A DNA stretch of 64,000 nt from Minutocellus sp. GHC0000111 (Eukaryota), in NCBI GenBank assembly GCA_977018835.1, contig OZ361256.1:4464001-4528000 (forward strand), written 5' to 3'. The notes beneath the pieces are model-generated. The model was not told the DNA's origin and made no database searches. It worked only from the letters and a program-made list of their open reading frames with translations. A program made the position numbers and the translations under genes. Below are positions 1-11,116 of the stretch, in pieces; positions within the stretch are counted from its first letter, which is position 1; each line of letters begins with the position of its first letter.

Positions 1-348
1 GGAGACGACGGGCGGCATGGCTCTTGAATACCAGGTACCTAGGTACATGTATTGGTTACTCGTCGTTGGTACATTCAACTTGCTTGGCGGATGTCGAGCG
101 AAGGACAGACAAGCTTGCTTGGCTGGCCTGCTTCTTGCTTGCTTCGCGATTGCACATCATGTGCTTGAAGGCAAGATACCTAGGTATGTTGAGAGGACAA
201 GCAGCGCCTTGACTACACACTTATTGTCTATCTTATTATTACCGCAATATTTGTGAAATTCACCGGCTGAGCGTATCTTTGTCTTGCTCAGCGCTCTCTG
301 TGACTGCATGCAGCAGCTGTGACCGAGCGAAGAAAAAAAAATTGCAAA

Positions 349-1089
349 ATGACCACAACCCACGCCGACAGCAGCAGCCGCCACCGGCCAAAGGGCGTGC
401 GTGCTCGGCAGATCACGCATCACATCCGCAAGGAGGAGCAGCTCAACCTGGCCTACGGACATCTCAAGGAGGAGGACTGCCCGACAATATCCGAGGCATT
501 AGGCAAAACTCGTCGCCTGACCCTCCTCGATCTGCGAGGTAATGACCGCGTCGGTGATGGCGGTGCCAAGCTGCTGGCGGAGGGATTGCGTACCAATCGA
601 ACGGTAACGACGGTGGATCTGAGCGATTGCCACATTGGTGACGAAGGGTTGGGATATTTATGCGAGGCGCTGAAGGTGAACAAGACTCTGCATACACTCT
701 TATTGGGTCTCAATCCGGACATATCACATGTCGGTGCCGCAAAGCTCGGCGAGGCACTCCATCATAACAAGACTCTACGAGCAGTGAGTTTGTACCGATG
801 CAACATCGGCGACGAGGGCGCAGCACATCTTGCGCAGGCACTCGAGCATAACTCAACATTGGAATCACTCACGTTGTTCAACAACAACATCGGGAACGAT
901 GGAGGCCAGAAGCTTTTGGACTCAATGAATCAGAACGATATGCTCCAAAAATTAGAGCTGCGATGCAATCCGATAGAGAATGGAATGCTGGAACAGATTG
1001 CAAGGATGGTTCAGTTGAACAAGGATAGCAAATCAGCGAAAGAAGAAAAATCAAAGGAAGGAGGAGGTGGTGGGGCGGTTGGGCAATAA
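349..1089 (+). CDS. Leucine-rich repeat protein (RNI/NLRC3-like)
   Basis: About six 28-aa LxxLxLxxNxIGDxGAxxLAxAL repeats; ATG at 349, TAA ending 1089. Confidence 0.85.
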   Translation: MTTTHADSSSRHRPKGVRARQITHHIRKEEQLNLAYGHLKEEDCPTISEALGKTRRLTLLDLRGNDRVGDGGAKLLAEGLRTNRTVTTVDLSDCHIGDEGLGYLCEALKVNKTLHTLLLGLNPDISHVGAAKLGEALHHNKTLRAVSLYRCNIGDEGAAHLAQALEHNSTLESLTLFNNNIGNDGGQKLLDSMNQNDMLQKLELRCNPIENGMLEQIARMVQLNKDSKSAKEEKSKEGGGGGAVGQ

Positions 1090-1275
1090 AGAATGCGAAG
1101 AGGAGGTGCAGTTGCGACAGCAGCGTGGAGTTGCACTTACTCGTAGTGTCGGTACGAATAGAGGCCAGCCCCCCCAAAACGTGGAAGACATCTGTGGTCT
1201 CAAGTACATTTTTCTGTCCTCCTACTGTTCCATTTAACTCCGTGTTAAGTACTCGCCCGATGCCCTACCGTCCCG

Positions 1276-2666
1276 ATGCCTACCCAACATTTCAAGACCG
1301 TCGTTAATTCATCAACGATCGAGCGCGCAGGGATGAAGATGCGACCGAATGAAGAAGCCATTCTTAACAAGTTTCCAGAAGGAAGCACACTTGATACGAT
1401 TGTGAAAAGGGTTCGGGAGTTCTTTGAGAATAATAGAAACCGCAAATTGGCTTCTTTTGTCCAATCCCTTGGCTTTGATCGGTCCCATCCGAAGTTTGGA
1501 TCCTTCGAAGTCATTATCAGCGCTATCAAATTGTGTCTGTCCAACTCCTCCCACGTCACGAAGACATCTGCTATCAGCGACATGATGAAAGATGCTGTCC
1601 TGAGAGAAGTGCAGCGCTGCTTAGCACAGGTCGTAGTCAGTTCTAGAATTGCTATTTACTGGCCGCAAGATAAGGAATATTACCGAGGCACAATCATTGC
1701 TAGACAAGGAGATCCGCCGCATTCATACGTACTTTTTTACGACGACGGCGAGAAGGAGACTATTGATTTGAGTAATCATGAGTTCAAGATCCTAAATGAT
1801 GCCCTACCGGAGGCTGCTAAAGCTGCTATAGCCCGACCAGCACGTTCCGATTCCACGAATGAGGAATCTGCTCGTTCTGCCGCTCGTCATAGCACCGTGA
1901 GTGCCGCGCCCCCTCCCATGAGAATCACCCCCGACCTAGTCGAAAAAGGATGGTATCAGAAGAGCTTGCCCAATCTCGGTCTTGTTTTTATTCGCCCAGA
2001 AATCGTTCTTCCCGAGACGGAAATCGCTTCCTTGGTCCCTGGAGTAGACTACTTTGGGACAGAGCAAGAGGTTGCCAAGTATCTGAGCAATACAAATCCT
2101 CGGGATGTCGAGAATTGGACAACGGCTTGGCGTGAGCTTTGCATGAACATAAAGAGGACTTGGGCCTTGTTTATATTCGTCCTAACGCCACTATCCACTT
2201 TGCACCTGATTATGATTATTTTGTCCATCCTCGAGATGTTCTAGCCTTCGTGGCTAAATTCAAGAATCCCTCTACTTCCAACATCACCGATTCCAAGCCC
2301 GCAGCTAAAAGACCTTCCATTGCTGAGAACAACGGCGAAAGCTACTATAAGCGCCACGCTCTTCCTAGTGACGGTTCTTGGCGTAAAGCTCTACCAACAG
2401 CATCGAATCTCGAGAAGCAAACGGCCAAGAAGCCAGATGAGCCACAGGATGATTTGGAGCATCTACGGAACGAGATAAAAGTCTTCGAGGTTGTCTCAGA
2501 AGTATTAACTCGCTTTTACGGCAAGAGCTTGATACCAAGGATCCCGACGACGCCGAGCGAAATCTCGGCATTCGAACAAATCCGGAGACGACATGGGAAG
2601 CAGAATACCAATTCCGTCGGGAGCAATCTATCAATCTTGCCGGGAAAGTGGAAATATCCACGCTGA
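1276..2666 (+). pseudogene. Tudor-domain protein with repeated GW/DYF (MBD-like) modules, frameshifted near 2140
   Basis: RIAIYWPQDKEYYRGTI..YVLFYDDGEKETIDL is a Tudor signature. KGW..GLVFIRP..GVDYFGTEQEVAKYL recurs in a shifted frame as DLGLVYIRP..DYDYFVHPRDVLAFV (ORF 2139..2666). Confidence 0.6.
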
Positions 2667-3800
2667 CTCTAGAGCAAGCCCATCACCTCCTCGAATCAAT
2701 TTGGCAGAGCAAGATGACGTATCCTTTTCCCGTAACATTCCTCTCTGAAAAGAAGTTGGCTGCTATCCAAATTCCCTTCATGAAAGCCATCGTACCCAAA
2801 CTCGGGTATAACCGCAACATGGCTACGGAGATTCGATATGGACCTGGTCGGTATGGTGGATGTTCTATTGCCTGGCTGTTCACCGAACAGGGAATCGCCG
2901 CCATCAAACAATTCATCGGTCATGTGAGAGCAGAAGATGAGCTAGGCGACCTCATGCTGATCTTGCTGGACCACCTCCAACTGCGCGCAGGGACGAGCTG
3001 GCCAATCTTGTCGAATTGCTCTGTCGAGATACCTCACCTTCACAAGCTATCCAAAGAACCATACGACTGGATCCTGGCTATTCGTTCCTTTTTACACACG
3101 TGCGACGGCTCAATGGAAGTGGCAGACGCATGGGTCCCCCCCCTCCAACGCGAGGGAGATGTTCACATCATGGATGTACTCAACGACGGAACGGCAACGG
3201 CGGCAGAACTTTCGTTGGCAAATGAATTTCGAATGCACAAAAGGGTTGTAACTCTTGCAGACATAGTCGATGTCAGTGGGAAATCCATAATGCCAGAGGG
3301 CCTTGATGATTCAATTTCCCCGAGTTCCCTCCGGTTCGGGAAACAAGCTCCCCCCTCAGATAGGGCAGGACAAACATGGCGACGTCTAATCCGGCGCAGG
3401 TTTGCATCCGGCATCCCTCCGCACACAAGACACAGCCATGGATTCCTTCTCGATATCGCCTTGGGCCCATGGTCCCAAGACAGCCCACGTCACTTGACGT
3501 ATGCATGGTCATTCTGCCCAAAGACTGACGTCCTATATCGAGCATCCTACGACGAACAACAGCAGCTGCAATATCGCTTGTACCGCCCCCAGGTGTACCG
3601 AACGGAGAAATACTATCGTACCGACGAGGTAACCGATGCGATCAATCCTCGTTTCGTCCCCGTGGAGACGATTGACTTTCTTGAATATGTGAGGATCCGC
3701 GGCGGTGCACCGATCAACAAACAAATGGCCATAATCCCGCCAGCTACTTTTGAAGAACATGTTCATAGGCTACCTGAGCACTTACAACGAATAATTGGCA
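2648..3800 (+). mobile_element. Truncated non-LTR retrotransposon fragment (post-RT region, probably Ambal-like)
   Basis: MTYPFPVT..IQ..KLGYNRN..YGPGRYGG..LFTEQG..FIGHVR, PLQREGDVHIMD and V.TLADI resemble the region C-terminal to RT in diatom non-LTR elements. No YxDD RT core or RNase H is present. Confidence 0.65.
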
Positions 3801-3955
3801 GATCATTGGCAACAGTATGCATCCAATTCTTTGTTATTAGACCCAGCAAGACAGGACTCTCATCTATAGAGAGAGAGGGGGGGGAGGGAGAGAGAGAAAG
3901 ATCAATTAGCACATGTGATTTCCGTTGGCTTACTTTTAAAATAAAAAGAAGACTG

Positions 3956-3977
3956 TTAGGGTTAGGGTTAGGGTTAG
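3956..3977 (+). repeat. Interstitial telomeric repeat (TTAGGG)3TTAG
   Basis: Read directly from the sequence. Confidence 0.85.
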
Positions 3978-4107
3978 TGTGTGGGATCTCCACGATAAAA
4001 AATATGGATCGTGGAGTGCTGGTATGAGAGCGATATTTTGGAATACTTGAGAACATACTCTCCAATGCTGTTCAGTTTCATTGCTTTTTGCTCCCACACC
4101 CTCGAAC

Positions 4108-5865
4108 ATGAGCGCTGAAGAGAGCTTCCTTATCCATTACATCGGAGGAGGCAATGCGGACATTCTCCTATATAAAGTATCCGCTTTTATGGCCACTGGT
4201 GGTAGCAGAATTTCTAATGTTGATTTTCTCTCACAACACAATGTCAACGAATCAAATTCTGCTCCCCACACAGTCTCAGCATTAGCCAGTGTCGTTGGTG
4301 CCATCCGCGAAAACCTCGCTGGATATCCGTCGTCGCACAGTAATGGTCTTCTCAGCTATCATATGAGAGCATCTATCGACAATTTCATCCCTCGCTTTCA
4401 ACCTAGGTACATGTATATCGTGCCACCGACTACCTTTCCGTATGGACGAGTCGATAGTTGTAACCATCTATCACCATCATTCTCACGTCCAGCTTTTGGC
4501 GTTGGGGGGCGTGGGCCTCCTTGTCATCACGGCGCCATCAATGGACTCAATTCGAACGATCCAATGCGGCGCCAGTCCCATCAAGTTCACCGGCCATCTT
4601 CACCGGGCCTTCCCGAGGAAGCACATCCCGCTCAGCAGGCAGCCCAAAAATCCCCCGCTATCCGTAACAGCGAAGAAGATCTACTTCACCTATTTTTCAG
4701 GAACTCGGACAAATGTACCTCAACCTCGACCGCAATTGCCCAGGCCTTCGATTCTATCGTTAAAGAAGTCGCCCAATACTACCAGGAATCGAAGAAGGAC
4801 ACATCGAAGCCCCCGGGTGGGTCTGGTTTTCTTCGTGCGAAGTTTCCAGAGGCATCTCGCACTTTCTGTGAGGAGAATGAAAGCTCCATCAATATTGTAA
4901 GTGGTATCATACGCCTTCTAGGAGACAAGGACGGCAAGAGAGGATTAGATATGGATTCCTACATTAGCAAGGATATGCGAGCTGCCATTGAGAGATTTCG
5001 TAACAAGAACATGCAAACTAGTTCATCTGGAACAAATCTCGCGGTATCTAATCCTCACCCTTCTCACCAACCCTGTGGCAGCCAAAGTATTGGCCTGACA
5101 GATGATGGTTGGCCCATCACATGGACTGAACTCCAAAGCAAGGGTTGGCTTCACCAACGCATTCAAGGTGAGGAGGGGCTTGTATATGTCTGCCCTTCAG
5201 ATATCAACGAGCCTGTCCACAAAACAAACTACTTTACCAGTAAAGAAGAGGTCTTGGAACATCTAAAGCAACATCGCACTCCCTCGCCTGATGCCACTAC
5301 TGCCCCTGCTTCTGCCTCGCTGCACATTCCTGACGATATCAGGGGCCGTCAGTGGCCCTTTGTCTCTGAGTATCTACTTGACATTGGTTGGAAACAAATC
5401 ACAGGAATCGGCGGACTACCATTCTATCTGAAGCCTAAAGGAAAGATGATTGATAAAGGAGGAAAGCTTGACGAGGATTTCTACACAGAGGACGGCGTGA
5501 AAAACTTAGCCAAGGCGTGTGGGTGGATCGGGGAGCCAGATGAAGATGCCACTACAAGAGCTGCTCGGGCCAGCCACAACATCAAATCGAATCGTTATGA
5601 GGATTCTTCGATGAGGTCGAGAAAGAAGCAGAGAGTCGATTCCTCGCGTGTCGGTGTCAAGGCTAATAAAAAGGGTCGACAAGAAAAGCGGACGCAGTCG
5701 CAAGGCGAAAAGCCTCCTGCAAAAAGAGCCCACTCTGAGGATGAGGCCGGCCTAAAGAAGCAAATTGCGCGCCTCAAGAGAGCAAACCGCAGTTTGGAAT
5801 CTGAACGGGCCAAGCTAGCTTTAGAGAATACTGATCTGAAGCGCACACTTGATCATGTCCGTTAG
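4108..5865 (+). CDS. Hypothetical nuclear protein with two GW/YF modules and a basic coiled-coil C-terminus
   Basis: Open frame of about 590 aa with WTELQSKGW..GLVYVCP..NYFTSKEEVLEHL and YLLDIGW..FYLKP..DFYTEDGV, followed by a K/R-rich segment and a heptad tail. Start codon uncertain (4108 or later). Confidence 0.6.
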   Translation: MSAEESFLIHYIGGGNADILLYKVSAFMATGGSRISNVDFLSQHNVNESNSAPHTVSALASVVGAIRENLAGYPSSHSNGLLSYHMRASIDNFIPRFQPRYMYIVPPTTFPYGRVDSCNHLSPSFSRPAFGVGGRGPPCHHGAINGLNSNDPMRRQSHQVHRPSSPGLPEEAHPAQQAAQKSPAIRNSEEDLLHLFFRNSDKCTSTSTAIAQAFDSIVKEVAQYYQESKKDTSKPPGGSGFLRAKFPEASRTFCEENESSINIVSGIIRLLGDKDGKRGLDMDSYISKDMRAAIERFRNKNMQTSSSGTNLAVSNPHPSHQPCGSQSIGLTDDGWPITWTELQSKGWLHQRIQGEEGLVYVCPSDINEPVHKTNYFTSKEEVLEHLKQHRTPSPDATTAPASASLHIPDDIRGRQWPFVSEYLLDIGWKQITGIGGLPFYLKPKGKMIDKGGKLDEDFYTEDGVKNLAKACGWIGEPDEDATTRAARASHNIKSNRYEDSSMRSRKKQRVDSSRVGVKANKKGRQEKRTQSQGEKPPAKRAHSEDEAGLKKQIARLKRANRSLESERAKLALENTDLKRTLDHVR

Positions 5866-6233
5866 TTCGTTCCAACTGAAGAGGGCCTTGCAAAGACCCT
5901 TTTTCTGGCATCCGCAAAGCACTTCCCAGCGAGTAAATATTCCGTTTCATCTCTATGGCCAAGAATTGATGTATGAAAATTCGTTGGTGGAACTCAAGTG
6001 ACAAGTAGTTTATAAATATTAGAATAAGACAAATCCTTTACTTTCAGTTGCAAGTAGGAACGATGGGCGCATGGGAATCTCAGGAGACCAGGCGAGCTCC
6101 GTAGCCGCCCCTGAAATAAATATTGTACTCACCGCCACATACTTCTACAAGATCAAAAATGACGCCCTCATAAGACTTATCATCCCTTCGGCCACATTCG
6201 GGGAAAAGATCACAAATGCATACATTCATACAT

Positions 6234-7891
6234 TTAGTTGCCATCGGTCTTGGCACGAAGGGCGGCATAGGTCTTGAGACGGGTGGCATTGATGCGGATG
6301 AATCCCTGGGCATCGGCGGGGTTGTAATCAAAGGCCTCACCGCCGTGCTCAATGTCCATGGAGGCCAAATCGGCATGGTACAGGCTGGTCTTGGAATCAC
6401 GTCCGCGGATGATGCAGTTGCCCTTGTACAGCTCAATCTTAACCACACCCTCGACGTCGCGCTGGGAGTAGTCAATGGAGTGACGGATGAGGTCCACCTC
6501 GGGAGCGAACCAGAAACCGTAGTAGCACAGACGGGTAAACTCGGCCGACATACCCTCGGTGATGCGCTTCACCTCACGGTCCATGCACACGCCCTCCAGG
6601 TCAAGGTGGGCCTCACGGAGGAGGGTGCCACCGGGAGTCTCGTAGACGCCACGAGACTTGATACCGACGAAGCGGTTCTCCACAATGTCAATGCGGCCGA
6701 TGCCGTGCTTGCCGGCGATCTCATTGCAGTACAGGAAGATGTCAAGGGGGTCGGTCTTGACGGTACCATCGGACTCGTTGGTGATCTTGACGGGGACGCC
6801 GGCCTTGAACTCAATGGCAACCGTCTCGGACTGGTCGGGAGCGTTCTGGGGCGAGCTGGTCATCTTGAACATGGACTCCTCGTAGGTGCAGTTGGCATCC
6901 TCGAGCATGCCGGACTCGTACGAGGTGTGGTACAAGTTCTCGTCGATGGAGTAGTTGGCCTTGGGCTTGGCATCGACGGGGATGTTGTGCTTCTCGCAGT
7001 AGGCGAGGAGGTCCTTGCGTCCCTTGAAGCTCTCGATGAACTCGGCGTCACGCCAGGGGGCGATCATCTGGGCCTGGGGCATGAGGGCCTGGGCGCACAT
7101 CTCGAAACGGACCTGGTCGTTGCCCTTGCCGGTGGCGCCATGGGCGAGGTAGGTAGCACCCTCCTCGTTGGCGATGCGGACCATCTCCTTGGCGATGCAG
7201 GGACGGGCGATGGAGGTACCGAGCAGGTAGCGAGACTCGTAAATGGCGTTGCACTTGACGGCCTCGAAGACGTAGTCGGTGACGAACTCTGTATTGGGAA
7301 ATATATGGATAAGATGAATAATTTGGTGAGAATTTCCATCGGAGAAGATATAGACATTGTGCAATTGCGGCTCTGCAATTGCATTTCATGCATATCTTGT
7401 GCAGGCTACATGCGATTCCACCATGTCTTCTTCGAAACATGCTGGAACAGCTCCCAACATTATGCTTGAAAAATACATGCAAAGATGAATTATGTTCTGC
7501 AAACAAGCATCGGTGCAATTGCATAATTGACGAGTTGGGGCCGTGCAATTGCAAATGCAATTGTTCCGGCACAAACTGGAACTTCTGGCGATGATTGGCG
7601 GTCCCGCACGCCTCTCCCCGTCACATTTTCCAGCACAAGATACACCCATCACATCATAAACTTCACATTTTTATTGAGCTACGCACCCTTGCGAAGGTCG
7701 GTGACGACGCACTTGATGGCGCCGCACGTGACGGCCTTGGCCTTGACGGCCTCAAAGTCCTCGTGGTGCTGTCCGACGTCGGCGCAGAAGGCGATGACGT
7801 CGAATCCCTTCTCGCAGAGCCAGGTGAGGATGACGGAGGTGTCGAGGCCGCCGGAGTAGGCGAGGACGCACTTGGGCTTGGATTCCGACAT
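6234..7891 (-). CDS. ASS1: Argininosuccinate synthase (exons 7891-7687 and 7288-6234)
   Basis: Motifs [39 protein letters not shown] and [14 protein letters not shown] intron 7686-7289 restores the frame. Confidence 0.97.
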
Positions 7892-8271
7892 GGCTGGCTT
7901 TGGATGGTTGTGGAGACCGAATGGGGTTTGATTGGCTGCTGCTGAGCAGGAAAATGAGAATGCAACGAGAGCCGAGCCGCTTCCGTACCTAGGTAACACG
8001 ATAAAGACGTGGTGGATCTTCGTGCGGCTCGCTGGTGGAAGCACCAAGATTTATGCGGTTGGAGGGAGTCGAGCGAGTCCACTTCAGGGGAAGGAGGTGA
8101 CGGAAAGACGATTTTGATCGAGTCGAACAAGTCATCTCAAAGCGTATCAACCGTCAAGTCCAAATTCCCTTCGTCTCAAGCAGTCATCAGACAGAAGTCA
8201 AGTCAGATAACACCAAGTGCCTCCCTTGATAACACAGTTGCTTTGTGAAGTTGGCAATTAGCCCCGACATC

Positions 8272-9541
8272 ATGCCAAAGAAAACAACAAGGGCCCAGAT
8301 TGCCCAGGATAGCGTTAATGGCGCTGATGAAAATGTTGAAGAGCAAGATCGGCAAGCAAAGCGTGCCAAGCAGTCGGTTGGCTCGAAGATCGCAGACGAG
8401 TTCGTTTGTCCCATCTCCCACAACCTTCCAATCGATCCGGTTACAGCCGAAGATGTGAGTAGACGCAATGTAACTCGTATAAGAATTCTATTTTAGATGT
8501 GCATGTGGATGAAAAAATGATGTCATCATCATTCAATTCTTCTTACTCTTCATCTTACAATCTCAGGGACAAGTGTATGAGAGGGAGGAGATTGAGAAAT
8601 ACATTAGATCTCAGGGAAGGAAACGCTTGATTTCCCCTGTCACCCAAAAGAAAATAGACAAGAAACTATTTCCGTCAGTACGCGTTCGAAATACTATCGA
8701 GCACCTCGTCAATAGCGGAGCAATCGACGGTGAGCTTGCCGAAACTTGGAAGAATCGGTGTGCTGTTGCGGATCTCAAGAAGAAAGCCGAAGGAGGAGAT
8801 GTGGTTGCTATGCACACGCTTGGTAACTGGCATTTGAATGGGGAAAAGGACCTGCCTCAGAATGAGGAGGAAGCATGCAAATGGTACAAAAAGGCGTCCG
8901 AAAATGGCGACGAACTGGCAAAGAAAAAGGTGAAAGATATCAATAATAAACGAGCGATAAGAGAAAAGAAAGTAAGCGCAGAGGGAGGCGACGCCGAGGC
9001 GATGTATATCATTGGTATGTGGTATCATAATGGATTGCGTGGACTTGAACAGAGCTATGCGGATGCTTTCAGATGGTACATGAAGTCATCGAATGCTGGC
9101 AATGCTAAAGGGATGGCCTTGGCCGGTAGCTTCATGGTATGGAACAAGGTAGGAAATGGGATTGCGTATGATGTTCCCGAGGGCATTTATCTTCTCTATT
9201 CTGCGGCCGAAAAGGGATCCAACTTTGCGTGTTATTGCCTTGGTGAGATTTACTACAAGGGGAATATCGGCAGTGGAAGTGGCGTTGGAATGCAAAAGAA
9301 TTATTCCAAGGCAAAGAAATGGCTACAAAAGATGGCCGACTGCGATCATGATCACATTGATGCTCATTACAAGGAAAAGGCCCAAGAGTGGCTTCGGGAA
9401 ATTGAGAATCCACCGCTTCCTCAACAGCAATACATGCATAACGCAGTGGCTCCAATGTACGCGCAGGTTCAAGCCCCCGTCTACCAGCAGCCAATGGTTA
9501 CGCAACATGCCCAAATGGCATCTGGTCTGTGGTGGAGATGA
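8272..9541 (+). CDS. U-box plus Sel1-repeat protein (intron 8455-8566)
   Basis: EFVCPISHNLPIDPVTAED|GQVYEREEIEKY..SPVT U-box is joined across a GT-AG intron and followed by several Sel1 repeats. Confidence 0.9.
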
Positions 9542-9736
9542 CGAGAACGAAGAAGAAGATGTCGGCGAAGCATCTAAGTACCGGTAAAATCAATTCCTTG
9601 CTTGCTATTGTTACAATCGACTCTATGGCTAGAGTTTAGTTGCTTCTTTTTCCAGTCAGCCTTGAGAGCCCGGAAGGTAGAGCGACAGATGACTCGTTCG
9701 ACTCAAGTGTGACCGCACACGGTCGCCGCTCGCCTC

Positions 9737-10930
9737 ATGTCATTTTTTGCAACCATGAAGAAGGCTTCGTCTGCCTCCTCGGCGGCGGCCCGGAAGGCCG
9801 AGCAGCAGCGGCAGGCCTCGGCGCAGAACCATCATCAGGCGACCGGCCCGGCACATCGTGCAGCACAAGCACAAGCACAAGCACCGCCCTCGGCCTCGGC
9901 GGTACCGGCACAACCAAGCAGGGGGGTGCTCAAAAAGTCCAAGTACAGCGCCGCTCTAGCGCCAGTTGCCGCAAAGGACGATGACGGTGACGACAGCAGC
10001 GACAATAATGGAGGTGGGCTGGCCAATCTGCTCGGCGGGTACGATAGCAGCAGCGACGAGGAAGAGGCACATGCAAATATCAATACCAGCAAAGGTCCGA
10101 CGGTTGCCTCGGCACCTGCACCAGGCTCGGCGGCTCGTTCTGCTTCGGCTCCCAGCGCAGACATTGCATCGGCGGCTGCGTCCGTGGCACTGGAAACGGC
10201 CGAGGAGGTGGTACATCAACCACCACCAGCAGCAGAGGTAGCGGCTCCAGAGGCAACTGGGGACTCCGCCAAGAAGTCATCGGTAGATGCCATGGTCGAT
10301 GACGATACCTGGAAGGAATTTGAGGATCTGGTCGGCGGTGGAGATGACGACGAGGATGTAGAAGAACAAGATACCGGTGAGGCATCCAAGCCTACTGGCG
10401 AGTCTGCAGATGACGATGGTGATGGTGGTGATGGTGTTCAGGATGCCAATGGACAATCCAATGCTGGCACCGATGCCAAAGACCAGCCATCTACCGCCAC
10501 CACCGCAGCCGTCGACACGTCCGAGGTGGAGCAGGCGGCGTACGAGGCGAGATTGGGCCGGCTCATGATGCTGCGAGCGGCAAAGGCAAAGAAGTCTGCC
10601 GATACACCCGGTACTGGTGCTGGTCACGCGAATGCAACGAACAACATGAACGCTCTGAAAGATGTCGAGTATGCCTCGGCCGGACTTGCCTTTGGGGGGG
10701 AGGGCGAGGAGGAGGAGGCATCATCTGCAAATCCCTCATCTTCAAAAGTAGAATCATCATTCGATGCGGCGAGTACCAAAAAGAAGAGAAGACTGCCGGG
10801 ATCATCGTCATTGGCATCATCGTCGGCCCTTGCCATCATGAAGAGGAAAAAGGCCAAGATGAAGCAAATAGCGACGGATGCCGACATGGTAGCAGAGTAT
10901 GGCGAAGACGACCTGGGGGGCTTTGCGTAA
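9737..10930 (+). CDS. Hypothetical low-complexity acidic protein with basic C-terminal clusters
   Basis: 397-aa ORF between identified genes; no recognised domain. Confidence 0.6.
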   Translation: MSFFATMKKASSASSAAARKAEQQRQASAQNHHQATGPAHRAAQAQAQAPPSASAVPAQPSRGVLKKSKYSAALAPVAAKDDDGDDSSDNNGGGLANLLGGYDSSSDEEEAHANINTSKGPTVASAPAPGSAARSASAPSADIASAAASVALETAEEVVHQPPPAAEVAAPEATGDSAKKSSVDAMVDDDTWKEFEDLVGGGDDDEDVEEQDTGEASKPTGESADDDGDGGDGVQDANGQSNAGTDAKDQPSTATTAAVDTSEVEQAAYEARLGRLMMLRAAKAKKSADTPGTGAGHANATNNMNALKDVEYASAGLAFGGEGEEEEASSANPSSSKVESSFDAASTKKKRRLPGSSSLASSSALAIMKRKKAKMKQIATDADMVAEYGEDDLGGFA

Positions 10931-11116
10931 ATGATTGCAATTGTAACTCGACGTCCTGCTTCTAGCTAGCTAGAGGTTCAGCTGCGCAATAGGTCAGTAG
11001 CCGTTTTGATAAATCTGCCATAGTTGCTTTGCTGGTTCTTACATCTGGGTAAATTTTATCAATGAATCACTCTAATTACATAAAACTATCACGTGGCACC
11101 ATCTCTTCGACTCTTG

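Noticed and set aside
3956..3977. True chromosome end
   Set aside because: Only about 3.7 repeat units, with genes on both sides.
6216..7469. 417-aa plus-strand ORF
   Set aside because: Antisense shadow of the codon-biased argininosuccinate synthase exon.
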